Positions 25,293 through 34,147 of a stretch of 64,000 nt of DNA are shown one piece after another. A program made the translations under genes and the position numbers. Position 1 is the first letter of the stretch. Each line of letters opens with the position of its first letter. The notes under the pieces were generated by a model. That model searched no databases, had not been told where the DNA came from, and saw only the letters and a program-made list of their open reading frames with translations. This stretch comes from an uncultured Christensenellaceae bacterium (GTDB lineage Bacteria; Bacillota; Clostridia; Christensenellales; UBA3700), in NCBI GenBank assembly GCA_944380355.1, contig CALWHJ010000001.1, positions 214,739 to 278,738 on the forward strand. The letters are read 5' to 3'.

Positions 25293-27035
25293 TTATTTAT
25301 CCGCTTTTTCAGAAACCGCTTTTTTCGTGTTTCTCGTCTTAGGCTTGACGACTTCTTGTTCTGTTACGGCGTCCTGCATAACGGCTGTATCTAGCAAAAC
25401 CCCATCCGCTTTAACGCTTTCTTCAACGATTTCGACGGGAGTATCTGCTTGCTGCGCTTTTGCCTCAGCTTCCTCTTCGTCAAGCTGTTCCCACGTCTTG
25501 AATTTCTGCTCGGCGTGCCAAGCCAAAGCTCTCAAACGAGGATTGAACTTCGTGATGAGTTTTACTATAAATCCCGACATAAACGCAAGGAACGTGATTA
25601 TCCAACCAACTATATTTGCGTAAAGAGGATAGCCTCCGTACAAACCGTCGTTTTGGGCAATAAGAATATAAATGTTCCATACCGTAAGTCCGAGCAATGC
25701 CAAAGGAGCTATTACCATTACGGCAGCGTAAAACCAGAATGCGGGCATCTTGAGTTTGTTGGTGTTTTTGTTGATTTCCTTGAGCACCTTCTTGGGCTTG
25801 AAAAACCAACCTACAAGCACGCACTCGAGTACGCCGACGATAAGCAGATTGTATTGGTTTGTCCAGTTGTCGACTATATCCAACCACGCTACGCCCGAAC
25901 CTGTTACGTATATGAGCGATATTACCGCCGCCACGAGTATTATGCCCACGGTAGTCTTTTTCTTGCTTATGCCGTACTTGTCGGAGATACTTGCCGATAT
26001 ACCCTCGACAATGGAGAATGCCGAGTCTATCGTAAGAGTGATAAGCATCATATAGAATATAAATCCGAATACTGCGTTTATCCAGCCTACGTCCGTCAGC
26101 TGTACTATCGCCATAGGATAGATGAGGAATGCCGTAGAGATACCTGAAGCGGACATATCGTCTACCGTCATACCGCAACCGTACATGGTCGTAAAGAGCA
26201 CGATACCCGAAAGCACGCTAGTCAAGAAGTCGCTTATTGCGATAATCATAACGTCTTCTACGATATTTGACTTATCGTCAAGGAAGGAGCCGTAAGCAAT
26301 CATTATAGCCATCATAATCGAAAGGCTGTAGAATGCTTGTCCGATTGCGTCTACCCAAATGGTAGGCTCTTTGAAAGCCTCGAATTTAGGAACGAACAGT
26401 GCCTTCATTGCCGCGCCCGTATTGCCCATAGTAAAACCTCTTAATGCAAGAATTACAAGCAAGATAACGGGAATGAAAACTGTATATTTTACTACCTTAG
26501 ATACCGAGCTTGCGCCGTCTTTGATACAGTAGTATATAGCAAACCAAGCAATGGCAAGGCTTATGAGCAAAAGCAAAGGAATTTGACTTCCCTGTCCGAA
26601 AAGCGAAGTACCCCACGTGGTATTGATGGAATTTGCCCACAGATTTTCGGCCTGTTCGATACCCGTAGAAGTACCTGTCATCGAAGCAAACTTAAAGCTC
26701 AGAAGTGCCATAAGTATTACCCACGCAAAAACAGCGGCATAATACGTAACTATTACGAATGCGTTTGCCGTAGCTGCCCAACCTATATACTCGCCGCCCT
26801 TTCTGAGACCTTTGAGCGCGACGGGAGAACCCGCTTTCATCTTTCTGCCTATGGAAAGCTCCATCATAAGCAAAGGCATACCTATAACGACCATCGCTAT
26901 GATATATGCAAACAAAAATGCGCCGCCGCCGTGCTTTGCGGCAAGACCGGGAAAACGCCAAGCGTTTCCGAGTCCTACTGCCGAACCGATTGACGCAAGA
27001 ATAAACGTAAACCTCGAGGGCCACTTGTCTCTCAT
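25293..27035 (-). CDS. sodium-dependent transporter, SNF (neurotransmitter:sodium symporter) family
   Basis: N-terminal signature WPSRFTFILASIGSAVGLGNAWRFP, 11-12 TM segments and an acidic C-terminal tail. I place the start at the ATG at 27035 (MRDKW), which has GAGGAG upstream, rather than the track start at 27077. Confidence 0.9.
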   Translation of the reverse strand: MRDKWPSRFTFILASIGSAVGLGNAWRFPGLAAKHGGGAFLFAYIIAMVVIGMPLLMMELSIGRKMKAGSPVALKGLRKGGEYIGWAATANAFVIVTYYAAVFAWVILMALLSFKFASMTGTSTGIEQAENLWANSINTTWGTSLFGQGSQIPLLLLISLAIAWFAIYYCIKDGASSVSKVVKYTVFIPVILLVILALRGFTMGNTGAAMKALFVPKFEAFKEPTIWVDAIGQAFYSLSIMMAIMIAYGSFLDDKSNIVEDVMIIAISDFLTSVLSGIVLFTTMYGCGMTVDDMSASGISTAFLIYPMAIVQLTDVGWINAVFGFIFYMMLITLTIDSAFSIVEGISASISDKYGISKKKTTVGIILVAAVISLIYVTGSGVAWLDIVDNWTNQYNLLIVGVLECVLVGWFFKPKKVLKEINKNTNKLKMPAFWFYAAVMVIAPLALLGLTVWNIYILIAQNDGLYGGYPLYANIVGWIITFLAFMSGFIVKLITKFNPRLRALAWHAEQKFKTWEQLDEEEAEAKAQQADTPVEIVEESVKADGVLLDTAVMQDAVTEQEVVKPKTRNTKKAVSEKADK

Positions 27036-27282
27036 TTTTCTAACTCCTCTTTCTGTTATTCCGATAATCTGGCACATAATTCTTACGCGCCGTGATAATA
27101 CTTTTTAATTTTATAATATTTTTACATTATTTACAAGCATTTTATACGATTAAAAGGATTATGCGCGATTTTTGCAGAATAATTATGATTTATTTTATTT
27201 TTTTCGGGATAAATCAAATATAAACGTAATTGAAATATGTATTCTGCTGTAGTTGCGATGCTTAATTAACGGTTTTTTCCAT

Positions 27283-27315
27283 AAAAAAAAGACGCCGACG
27301 GCGTCTTTTCTTTTA
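27283..27315. terminator. bidirectional intrinsic terminator
   Basis: aaaaaaaagacgccgacggcgtcttttctttt. Confidence 0.7.
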
Positions 27316-27334
27316 ATATTCGATTGGTTTGTGA

Positions 27335-27490
27335 TTATTCGGCAGAGAAATCGTCCTTGCCTACACCGCACAAAGGGCATACGAAATCGTCAGCTACGTC
27401 TTCCCACTTGGTGCCGGCGGGGATATCGCACTCGGCGCAGCCTACTTCTTCGTCGTATTCCCAACCGCAAACGTTGCATACGTACTTCAT
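27335..27490 (-). CDS. rubredoxin
   Basis: Two CxxC pairs (CNVCGWEY and CPLCG) in rubredoxin spacing. The start is the ATG at 27490, preceded by AAAGGAGG. The track ORF is N-terminally over-extended. Confidence 0.9.
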   Translation of the reverse strand: MKYVCNVCGWEYDEEVGCAECDIPAGTKWEDVADDFVCPLCGVGKDDFSAE

Positions 27491-27602
27491 AACAATACCT
27501 CCTTTGAATTTTCTTCTTACATTATAGACCATAGTGTGAAAAAAGTAAACAGCGATTGCTCAAATTTTTGACTATTCGCACAAATTATAGTATGATTGAG
27601 TT

Positions 27603-28331
27603 ATGCAGGATATTTTTCGCACCGACGATTTGGAGTGCAAGGGCTTGAAAATCAAACAATACAGAGAGGGATACCGCTTTTCTTCGGACGCGGTATTGCT
27701 TGCAAATACAGTCCGCTGCAAGCGCGGGGACACGATTGTGGACTTCGGTTGCGGCAACGGAGTTATTTCTCTTTTGCTCACCGCCAAAACCCCCTGTAAA
27801 AAAGTTATCGGCATAGAGGTACAAAAAGACGTAGCAGAACTTGCAAAACAAAACGTCGAACTCAACAATCTAAGCGAAAAAGTACAAGTGCTTTGTTTGG
27901 ATATACTGGACGCGCCCGCTGTCTTGGGCAAAGAGAGCGTAGAAACCGTAGTGTGCAATCCGCCATTTTTCACACCCTCGTCCGGAGATAAACGCGAAAA
28001 CCCTCAGGTCGCCCTCTCCCGTCACGAGTCCACGTGCGATTTAAAAAACCTTATGCGCTGCGCCGGCGAGATACTCAAATTCGGCGGAGAGTTGTACATA
28101 ATCCACAAGACTCAGCGTATGGCAGAAGCCATCTTGCACGCTTACGAGGCAAAACTCACGCCCAAAGTACTGACGCTAGTCTACCCTAAACTCTCAAAGC
28201 CTGCCGATACGTTTATTCTCAAATGCAAAAAATGCTCTCCCGACGGACTGACGGTAGACAGAATAGTCGTTTATGACGAAAAGGGCGAGATGACTGAGCA
28301 AGCCAAATCGCTTTACAACAAAACTCTGTGA
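27603..28331 (+). CDS. class I SAM-dependent methyltransferase, tRNA (adenine-N6) TrmN6/YfiC-like
   Basis: 242-aa ORF with SAM motif VDFGCGNG and the N6-adenine catalytic tetrapeptide NPPF. Confidence 0.7.
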   Translation: MQDIFRTDDLECKGLKIKQYREGYRFSSDAVLLANTVRCKRGDTIVDFGCGNGVISLLLTAKTPCKKVIGIEVQKDVAELAKQNVELNNLSEKVQVLCLDILDAPAVLGKESVETVVCNPPFFTPSSGDKRENPQVALSRHESTCDLKNLMRCAGEILKFGGELYIIHKTQRMAEAILHAYEAKLTPKVLTLVYPKLSKPADTFILKCKKCSPDGLTVDRIVVYDEKGEMTEQAKSLYNKTL

Positions 28332-28420
28332 GATTTTTGTTGTATCGACTGACTTAACTAAACGGTAGAATATCAAATTAAAGCTTTCAATCCTAACTCA
28401 AAAATTTAAAATCGATAAAT

Positions 28421-28447
28421 AAAAAAGAGGGTATACCCTCTTTTTTA
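28421..28447. terminator. bidirectional intrinsic terminator
   Basis: aaaaaagagggtataccctctttttt. Confidence 0.7.
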
Positions 28448-28474
28448 ACATAACTTTCTAAAATTCGGCTATTA

Positions 28475-28681
28475 TTACTCGTTGTCTTTGAGACCAAGCA
28501 TATAATCAGTCGATTTTCCGAACAAATTGCTAAGGTCGATAAGTGCCTGATAGCTAGGCTCCTTTACACCTCTTTCCCAGTTGCTGATACTAACCTGAGA
28601 TACCTGCATGTACTTTGCGAGATACTCCTGGTTATATCCGTTACGCAACCTTTGTTCCTTCAATCTTTCTGCAAACTTCAT
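28475..28681 (-). CDS. XRE-family helix-turn-helix protein
   Basis: 68-aa ORF with a typical HTH_3 core (QEYLAKYMQVSQVSISNWERG). Confidence 0.85.
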   Translation of the reverse strand: MKFAERLKEQRLRNGYNQEYLAKYMQVSQVSISNWERGVKEPSYQALIDLSNLFGKSTDYMLGLKDNE

Positions 28682-28723
28682 TTTACAATACCTCCTATAT
28701 TGTATTTTATAAAATTTATAAAA

Positions 28724-29395
28724 CTAGATTAGCTTGTGCCAATCTACACCGTTTTCCTGAAACTGAGTGAGCGTATCGAGCATCATCTCTACGTCCTTGC
28801 CGTCTCTCGATTTTTCTTTTCGTTTTTTGAGCGATGCGCTTATCTCGTTGATTATGTCAATGAGCTTGAGCCTAGAGCACTCGAGAAGCTTGTCTATAAA
28901 AGGATAACTGTCGTAATATTCTCCTACGCTGTTGACGAGTGCGTAAGATATTGCACTTGCTACGTCCTCGTATGGCATACCGTTGTCTACGCTGGAAAAA
29001 TCTACTCCGATTATTCTTCCGTCCTTGATTACGTAATTCTTGAAATCTATCTCCTTCATTACGCAATCAGTAAAAGAATATATAATCTGTAAAAATATCG
29101 CAAGTCTTGTGGCAAGCAATTGCATTGTCTGCTTGTCGTCGAGCATCGTCGCGTTTCTGAAAGCATCGTGAAGATTCTCTCCCTCGATATACTCGTATAC
29201 GGCCTTGTTGCCTTCGTGTTCTATCACCTGAGGCGCGTATCCCGTCAACGCTATTTTGCCCACCGCAAGCACTTCTTTTGTCTTTGCCGTCTCGTCGGGA
29301 TATTCTTTGAGTATGTAAAATACGCCTTCCGACTCTACTTTAAATACCTTTTTATCCTTTGACGACAGTTCGCTTACGACTTTATAATCTTTCAT
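28724..29395 (-). CDS. small protein-kinase-like fold protein (RIO/aminoglycoside-phosphotransferase-like), function unknown
   Basis: 223-aa ORF. The N-lobe pattern has the beta-3 Lys in FYILKEY, and the hinge is YEYIEGENL. The catalytic-loop-like string is EIDFKNYVI and the DFG-like string is GVDFSS. Confidence 0.4.
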   Translation of the reverse strand: MKDYKVVSELSSKDKKVFKVESEGVFYILKEYPDETAKTKEVLAVGKIALTGYAPQVIEHEGNKAVYEYIEGENLHDAFRNATMLDDKQTMQLLATRLAIFLQIIYSFTDCVMKEIDFKNYVIKDGRIIGVDFSSVDNGMPYEDVASAISYALVNSVGEYYDSYPFIDKLLECSRLKLIDIINEISASLKKRKEKSRDGKDVEMMLDTLTQFQENGVDWHKLI

Positions 29396-29685
29396 ACTTT
29401 ACCTATAGTATTATACCTTGCCTACAAAATAATAGTCAACATATATCGTAAAAATTTTAGCAAAAATTTACCGCTCTCCTTAAAATATCGCTAAAATACC
29501 CAGGTTTTTTGTAATCCTTATTTATGTTCAGACTACCATTGTCTATTTTATAACCGTTTTGATTTTGTGTCAAACGATTTTTTGTCCTGTTTTTTGACAA
29601 TATTTGCTATTATTATAAAAGACGTCATATTGACTTATATGACGCCTTTATATTAGTTATTTATATTATTAACAATTATTATACC

Positions 29686-31866
29686 TTATACTTTTGCCTT
29701 TTCTTTGCGCTTATCCCCTTTTATTCTGAGAGTACGCATACTGTTGAATATAGCCAATAGACATACACCTACGTCAGCGACTACTGCCAGCCACATAAGA
29801 GGAGACACAAACAGACAGATTATCATTATCGCAAACTTCAATCCCAAAGCCATAGCTATGTTTTGTATGATGATTTTCTTTGTCTTTTTTGCTACCTTGA
29901 ATGCGTCATCTAGCTGAGTCAGTTTTCCGCCGACAAGCACTACGTCGCTTGCCTCTACGCTGGCATCGTTGCCCATACCGCCTATGCATACGCCTATGGT
30001 CGCGCTTTTGATTGCGGGTGCGTCATTGAGTCCGTCTCCCACAAACATAACCTTTTTGCCTTCTTCCACGCAAGCCTTTACGTAATCGCATTTATCCTGA
30101 GGCAAAAGCCCTGCTTTGTATTCGTCTATTCCTACCTTAGACGCGACTTTATTCGCTACGGCCTCGTTGTCGCCCGTAAGCATTACCGTGCGTATTCCTC
30201 TTTGCTTAAGCCCGTCAACAGTTTTGTCTACGCCCTCTCTTATGCTGTCCTCGAGCGTAATGTCGCCTAAATATTTGCCGTCATACGCTACGTATACCCT
30301 CGTCAAGCCGTCCTGCTTTTCGGCAGCCTCTATACCGTAATCGCGCATAAGTTTTATATTGCCGAGCAAAGCGACTTTGCCTTTGTATTCGCAGACTAAT
30401 CCTTTGCCTGCTATTTCTTTGCCCGAATCTGCCCTGTCCTTTACCGCGCAATATTCGCTTATGCAATCGGCAATCGGATGATTGGATAACTTCTCGCACG
30501 CGCCCGCTACTTCTACAACTTTTTGTCTATCCTCAGCATCGATAGACGCTACTTTGAGTTTTCCTTCGGTAATCGTACCCGTCTTGTCAAAACATATCTC
30601 GTCAATATTGTTGAGAATTTCGAGATAATTTCCGCCCTTGACCAGTATACCTCTTCTGGACGCGCTGCCTATTCCGCCGAAGTAAGTGAGCGGTGTAGAT
30701 ATGACAAGTGCGCAAGGACAGGATATTACCAAAAATACCAGACCTTTGGCAATCGACTCCGTATACGTCATACCGAGTGCCTTTATCAAAGGCGCGAAGA
30801 CAGCTATGATAAGCGCAACCGCAAACACCGCAGGAGTATAAATCCTTGCAAACTTTCTGACGAATTTTTCGGCTGACGGCTTATTATGTTGAGCTTCTTC
30901 GACAAGACGCAGAATTTTCGATACCGTACTGTCACTGTACTCTTTACTGACCTCTATGATGACGCTGCTCTCTAGATTTAGAGTACCTGCAAGTATTTCT
31001 TCTCCCGTCTTCAGCTCTACGGGTACGCTTTCGCCAGTAAGTTTGGAATAATCGAAAGAAGACTGCCCCTGTACTATTTTACCGTCTACGGGGACTTTTT
31101 CGCCTACGTTGACGATAACTCTGTCGCCTACCTTAAGTAAAGACGTATCGACAAGCTTTTCGCTTCCGTCGCTCTCTATACGCAAAGATTTGTCTACTCT
31201 TATGTCGAGAAGCTGACCGATGCTTTTCTTTGACTTTCTGACGGATATGCCCTGTATAATCTCTCCTATCGTATACAGTAGCATTACCGCTACGCCTTCC
31301 TCAAACTCTCCTATACAAAAAGCACCTATCGAGGCAACGTTCATAAGTGTGTTTTCATTGAAAAAGTCCTTTTCCTTAAGTCCTCTGAATCCCTCGGCAA
31401 AACTCTCGATTGCCACGAGAAGATATGCGACTATATATACGGGAAGATAACCCCAAAAGAGTTTTTCTCCTCCGAAATGCTCCATACAAAAAGCCGCGAC
31501 CAAAAGCACTGCCGACAGTATGACAAGCACAAGCTGTTTTTTATCGACCTGCCATACTTTCTGGTCTTTGTCTATCTTCACGGGAGTATCGTCGCAACAA
31601 GCGCAACCGTGTCCGTGCCCCTCGTGTCCGTGATGATGACCGCACGCGCACTTTTCGGTATGCGAATGACTGTGCCCGCAACATTCGTCTTTGTGTGAGT
31701 GACTATGAGTGTGATTATGGCAATCGTGCTCTCCCTCTTCGTGATTATGATTACACTCTTCTTCGTGACAGTGTATGTCGCACTCTAAGCTATGCTCTTT
31801 TCTTAACAAATTCAAGTCTTCGCAAACTTGCGAATTTATGTCTGCGTTTTTATTTTTTTCTTTCAT
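29686..31866 (-). CDS. heavy-metal translocating P1B-type ATPase, Zn/Cd/(Co) subtype, with His/Cys-rich N-terminus
   Basis: 726-aa ORF with CPC in SCPCALVISTP, DKTGT and GDGLNDAP. The late-TM Lys (ALGLKFAI) and ADVG motif are typical of the ZntA/CadA class. The N-terminus has HxH and CC runs. Confidence 0.9.
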   Translation of the reverse strand: MKEKNKNADINSQVCEDLNLLRKEHSLECDIHCHEEECNHNHEEGEHDCHNHTHSHSHKDECCGHSHSHTEKCACGHHHGHEGHGHGCACCDDTPVKIDKDQKVWQVDKKQLVLVILSAVLLVAAFCMEHFGGEKLFWGYLPVYIVAYLLVAIESFAEGFRGLKEKDFFNENTLMNVASIGAFCIGEFEEGVAVMLLYTIGEIIQGISVRKSKKSIGQLLDIRVDKSLRIESDGSEKLVDTSLLKVGDRVIVNVGEKVPVDGKIVQGQSSFDYSKLTGESVPVELKTGEEILAGTLNLESSVIIEVSKEYSDSTVSKILRLVEEAQHNKPSAEKFVRKFARIYTPAVFAVALIIAVFAPLIKALGMTYTESIAKGLVFLVISCPCALVISTPLTYFGGIGSASRRGILVKGGNYLEILNNIDEICFDKTGTITEGKLKVASIDAEDRQKVVEVAGACEKLSNHPIADCISEYCAVKDRADSGKEIAGKGLVCEYKGKVALLGNIKLMRDYGIEAAEKQDGLTRVYVAYDGKYLGDITLEDSIREGVDKTVDGLKQRGIRTVMLTGDNEAVANKVASKVGIDEYKAGLLPQDKCDYVKACVEEGKKVMFVGDGLNDAPAIKSATIGVCIGGMGNDASVEASDVVLVGGKLTQLDDAFKVAKKTKKIIIQNIAMALGLKFAIMIICLFVSPLMWLAVVADVGVCLLAIFNSMRTLRIKGDKRKEKAKV

Positions 31867-31877
31867 ATTCCGACCTC

Positions 31878-32159
31878 TTAAATTTTCGAATAGTATTCAA
31901 CAGCAGTGGTAAGCTTGGAAAGTATCTCTGAGTCACCCTTCTTTATACCGTCTGCCACACAGTGATTTATATGGTGATAAAGCACGTCGCGCGCTACGCT
32001 TTCGACCGCCTTTGTGACAGCGGCAAGTTGTACGAGTACGTCCTCGCACGTTCTGTCTTCCTGCACCATTTTGCTTATGCCTCTTACCTGTCCTTCTATT
32101 CTGCTGAGTTTGTCGGTAAGCTTTTTAGTCAAGTCGCAACCTTCGTGTCTGCAATCCAT
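31878..32159 (-). CDS. CsoR/RcnR-family metal-sensing transcriptional repressor
   Basis: DUF156 fold signature LSRIEGQVRGI with Cys (RTCED) and HxxxC (HINHC) ligand positions. The start is set at ATG 32159 (MDCRH), 9 nt after AAAGGAG. The track start at 32204 would run through the operator. Confidence 0.85.
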   Translation of the reverse strand: MDCRHEGCDLTKKLTDKLSRIEGQVRGISKMVQEDRTCEDVLVQLAAVTKAVESVARDVLYHHINHCVADGIKKGDSEILSKLTTAVEYYSKI

Positions 32160-32177
32160 TTTCATTACTCCTTTCAT

Positions 32178-32194
32178 ATACCCCCTAGGGGTAT
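32178..32194. promoter_or_regulatory. CsoR-type operator (GC-tract palindrome)
   Basis: ATACCCCCTAGGGGTAT lies between the promoter and the csoR-family start codon. It resembles known CsoR/RcnR G/C-tract operators. Confidence 0.55.
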
Positions 32195-32208
32195 CTGTTT
32201 TCATCTAT

Positions 32209-32237
32209 ATTATATGCCCGATATTAACGTTTGTCAA
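32209..32237 (-). promoter_or_regulatory. consensus sigma-70 promoter of the repressor-ATPase operon
   Basis: On the minus strand, TTGACA, a 17-nt spacer, then TATAAT. Confidence 0.6.
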
Positions 32238-32418
32238 CAGTTTTTTCAAACTTTTATTAAAATTTTGCAGACGTCTATCTTGCTTCTTTATATGAAAATT
32301 CGCGTTTTGTTTTTATTATTTAGTTTAATTATTTCTTACTCTGTCTTTTATAAACGCAAAAAAAATATACGGCTGAAAACAGCCGTATATCTAAACAAAT
32401 ATCGTTTGTTTTATTGAA

Positions 32419-33786
32419 TTAATCTACCTTAGGAAGCGAATCGAAACCTTTTTGCAAATCTTCATCGGTAGGAATATAGTCGGTCATTCTGCCCGCAAGG
32501 AAGTCTCCGTAAGCGGTCATATCGAAGTAACCCGTACCGGTGAGACCGAAGAGAATAGTCTTGCTCTCGCCAGATTCCTTGCACTTGAGAGCTTCGTCTA
32601 TTGCGCCCTTGATTGCGTGCGCGGATTCGGGAGCAGGCAATATCGTCTCGCACTTAGCAAACTTGACCGCTGCGTCGAATACCTTGGTCTGCTCGTAAGA
32701 TACCGCCTCCATATATCCGTCGTGATAGAGCTTTGAAAGTATAGGAGACATACCGTGATATCTCAGTCCTCCTGCGTGGTTTGCCGAAGGGATAAATCCG
32801 CTGCCGAGCGTGTACATCTTTGCAAGAGGAGTAATCTTACCCGTATCGCAATAATCGTATGCGTACATACCTCTTGTAAGCGAAGGACAAGAAGCAGGCT
32901 CTACTGCTACGAATCTCGTCTTGGTCTTTCCTTCGAGTCTGTCTTTCATAAACGCGCCGATAAGTCCGCCAAGGTTGGAACCACCGCCGGCACATCCTAC
33001 TATTACGTCGGGATATTCGTCGAGCATCTCCATTGCTTTTTTACTCTCAAGACCTATTACGGACTGATGCAAAAGCACCTGATTGAGTACGCTGCCGAGT
33101 ACGTATCTGCAGTTGGGAGTGGTCATAGCCTTTTCGATAGCTTCGGATATAGCGCATCCGAGCGAACCCGTCGTGTTGGGTTTGTCCTGCAAAATCTTTC
33201 TGCCTACGTCGGTAGTGTTGGAAGGGCTGGGAATTACGTTACCGTCGAAAACCTGCATAACAGCCTTTCTGAAAGGTTTCTGCTGATACGAACCTTTTAC
33301 CATAAATATGTCGAGTCCGAGTCCGAAGTACGAACAAGCTTCAGACAAAGCAGTACCCCATTGCCCTGCACCCGTTTCGGTAGTTACCGAAGTCAAGCCC
33401 TGAGCCTTTGCGTAATATGCCTGAGCAAGCGCGGAGTTAAGCTTGTGACTTCCCGAGGTATTGTTGCCCTCGAATTTGTAGTAAATCTTAGCGGGCGTGC
33501 CCAACGCTTTTTCCAGATTGTATGCCCTGCAAAGAGGAGAAGGTCTGTAAAGTTTATACATCTCCATTATAGGCTCGGGGATATCGATATATCTGGTCGT
33601 CGCATCCATCTCCTGATGTGCAAGCTCTTTGCAGAAAATAGGATACAAATCCTCTTCCTTTATAGGCTGCAACGTAACCGGATTGAGAAGTGCGTCGGGT
33701 TGAGATTTCATATCTGCGCGGAGGTTGTACCATTGTTTGGGCAATTGCTCCTCGGTCAAATAAAATCTGTAAGGTACTTTTGTCAT
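32419..33786 (-). CDS. trpB: TrpB2-type tryptophan synthase beta-like PLP enzyme
   Basis: 455-aa ORF with the TrpB2-type N-terminal extension (LPKQWYNLRAD), the PLP-lysine context (NNTSGSHKLN) and GGGSN. Confidence 0.85.
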   Translation of the reverse strand: MTKVPYRFYLTEEQLPKQWYNLRADMKSQPDALLNPVTLQPIKEEDLYPIFCKELAHQEMDATTRYIDIPEPIMEMYKLYRPSPLCRAYNLEKALGTPAKIYYKFEGNNTSGSHKLNSALAQAYYAKAQGLTSVTTETGAGQWGTALSEACSYFGLGLDIFMVKGSYQQKPFRKAVMQVFDGNVIPSPSNTTDVGRKILQDKPNTTGSLGCAISEAIEKAMTTPNCRYVLGSVLNQVLLHQSVIGLESKKAMEMLDEYPDVIVGCAGGGSNLGGLIGAFMKDRLEGKTKTRFVAVEPASCPSLTRGMYAYDYCDTGKITPLAKMYTLGSGFIPSANHAGGLRYHGMSPILSKLYHDGYMEAVSYEQTKVFDAAVKFAKCETILPAPESAHAIKGAIDEALKCKESGESKTILFGLTGTGYFDMTAYGDFLAGRMTDYIPTDEDLQKGFDSLPKVD

Positions 33787-33831
33787 TTTTCCATCCTCCT
33801 ATTGAAAAATTTTTTTCTGTTTTTATTTTAT

Positions 33832-34062
33832 AAAAAAAATCTTGTCCCCTTAAAAGGGACAAGACATTGTTATCTTGCTTGTAAGCCACCCTACGTGCCA
33901 TCACACGTTTTCCCACTCACGAGGGGATTCCGTCAGACATTACTCTGCCCTCAAAAGCCCATTCACTATAACACTGCTCGCTGCCTCTCACCTACTGCAA
34001 CTCTCTGTAAAGCCGCTACATATAGTTACTCTTCTTTATCAACGGTTTGCTATTCAATTGTA
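33832..34062 (-). promoter_or_regulatory. T-box riboswitch leader with Trp (UGG) specifier
   Basis: The minus strand reads UGAUAAAGAAGAGUA (GA motif), then AGAGAG and GGUGAGAG. The specifier-loop string AGUGAA-UGG-G follows, with the codon at plus-strand 33959-33961. The T-box-like string is GUAGGGUGGCUUACAAG. The terminator is cttgtccc-ttttaa-ggggacaag plus a U-run (33832-33863). Confidence 0.65.
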
Positions 34063-34069
34063 TGATAAT

Positions 34070-34098
34070 ATATTACATTACAGCGTGCTTTTTGTCAA
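34070..34098 (-). promoter_or_regulatory. sigma-70 promoter driving the T-box leader
   Basis: On the minus strand, TTGACA, a 17-nt spacer, then TAATAT. Confidence 0.5.
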
Positions 34099-34147
34099 CG
34101 GTTTTTAAAAAATTTCAAAAAATTTATCTTTCATTGTCCCTACTCGG

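Noticed and set aside
27036-27077. N-terminal extensions of track ORFs: SNF transporter to 27077, rubredoxin to 27532, BMP lipoprotein to 42169, HAD hydrolase to 20433, csoR-family gene to 32204, nrdG from 51521, cysK to 8060.
   Set aside because: In each case an internal ATG is preceded by a strong GGAG-type RBS at proper spacing and begins the conserved family N-terminus or signal peptide. The extensions cross terminators, operators or the upstream gene.
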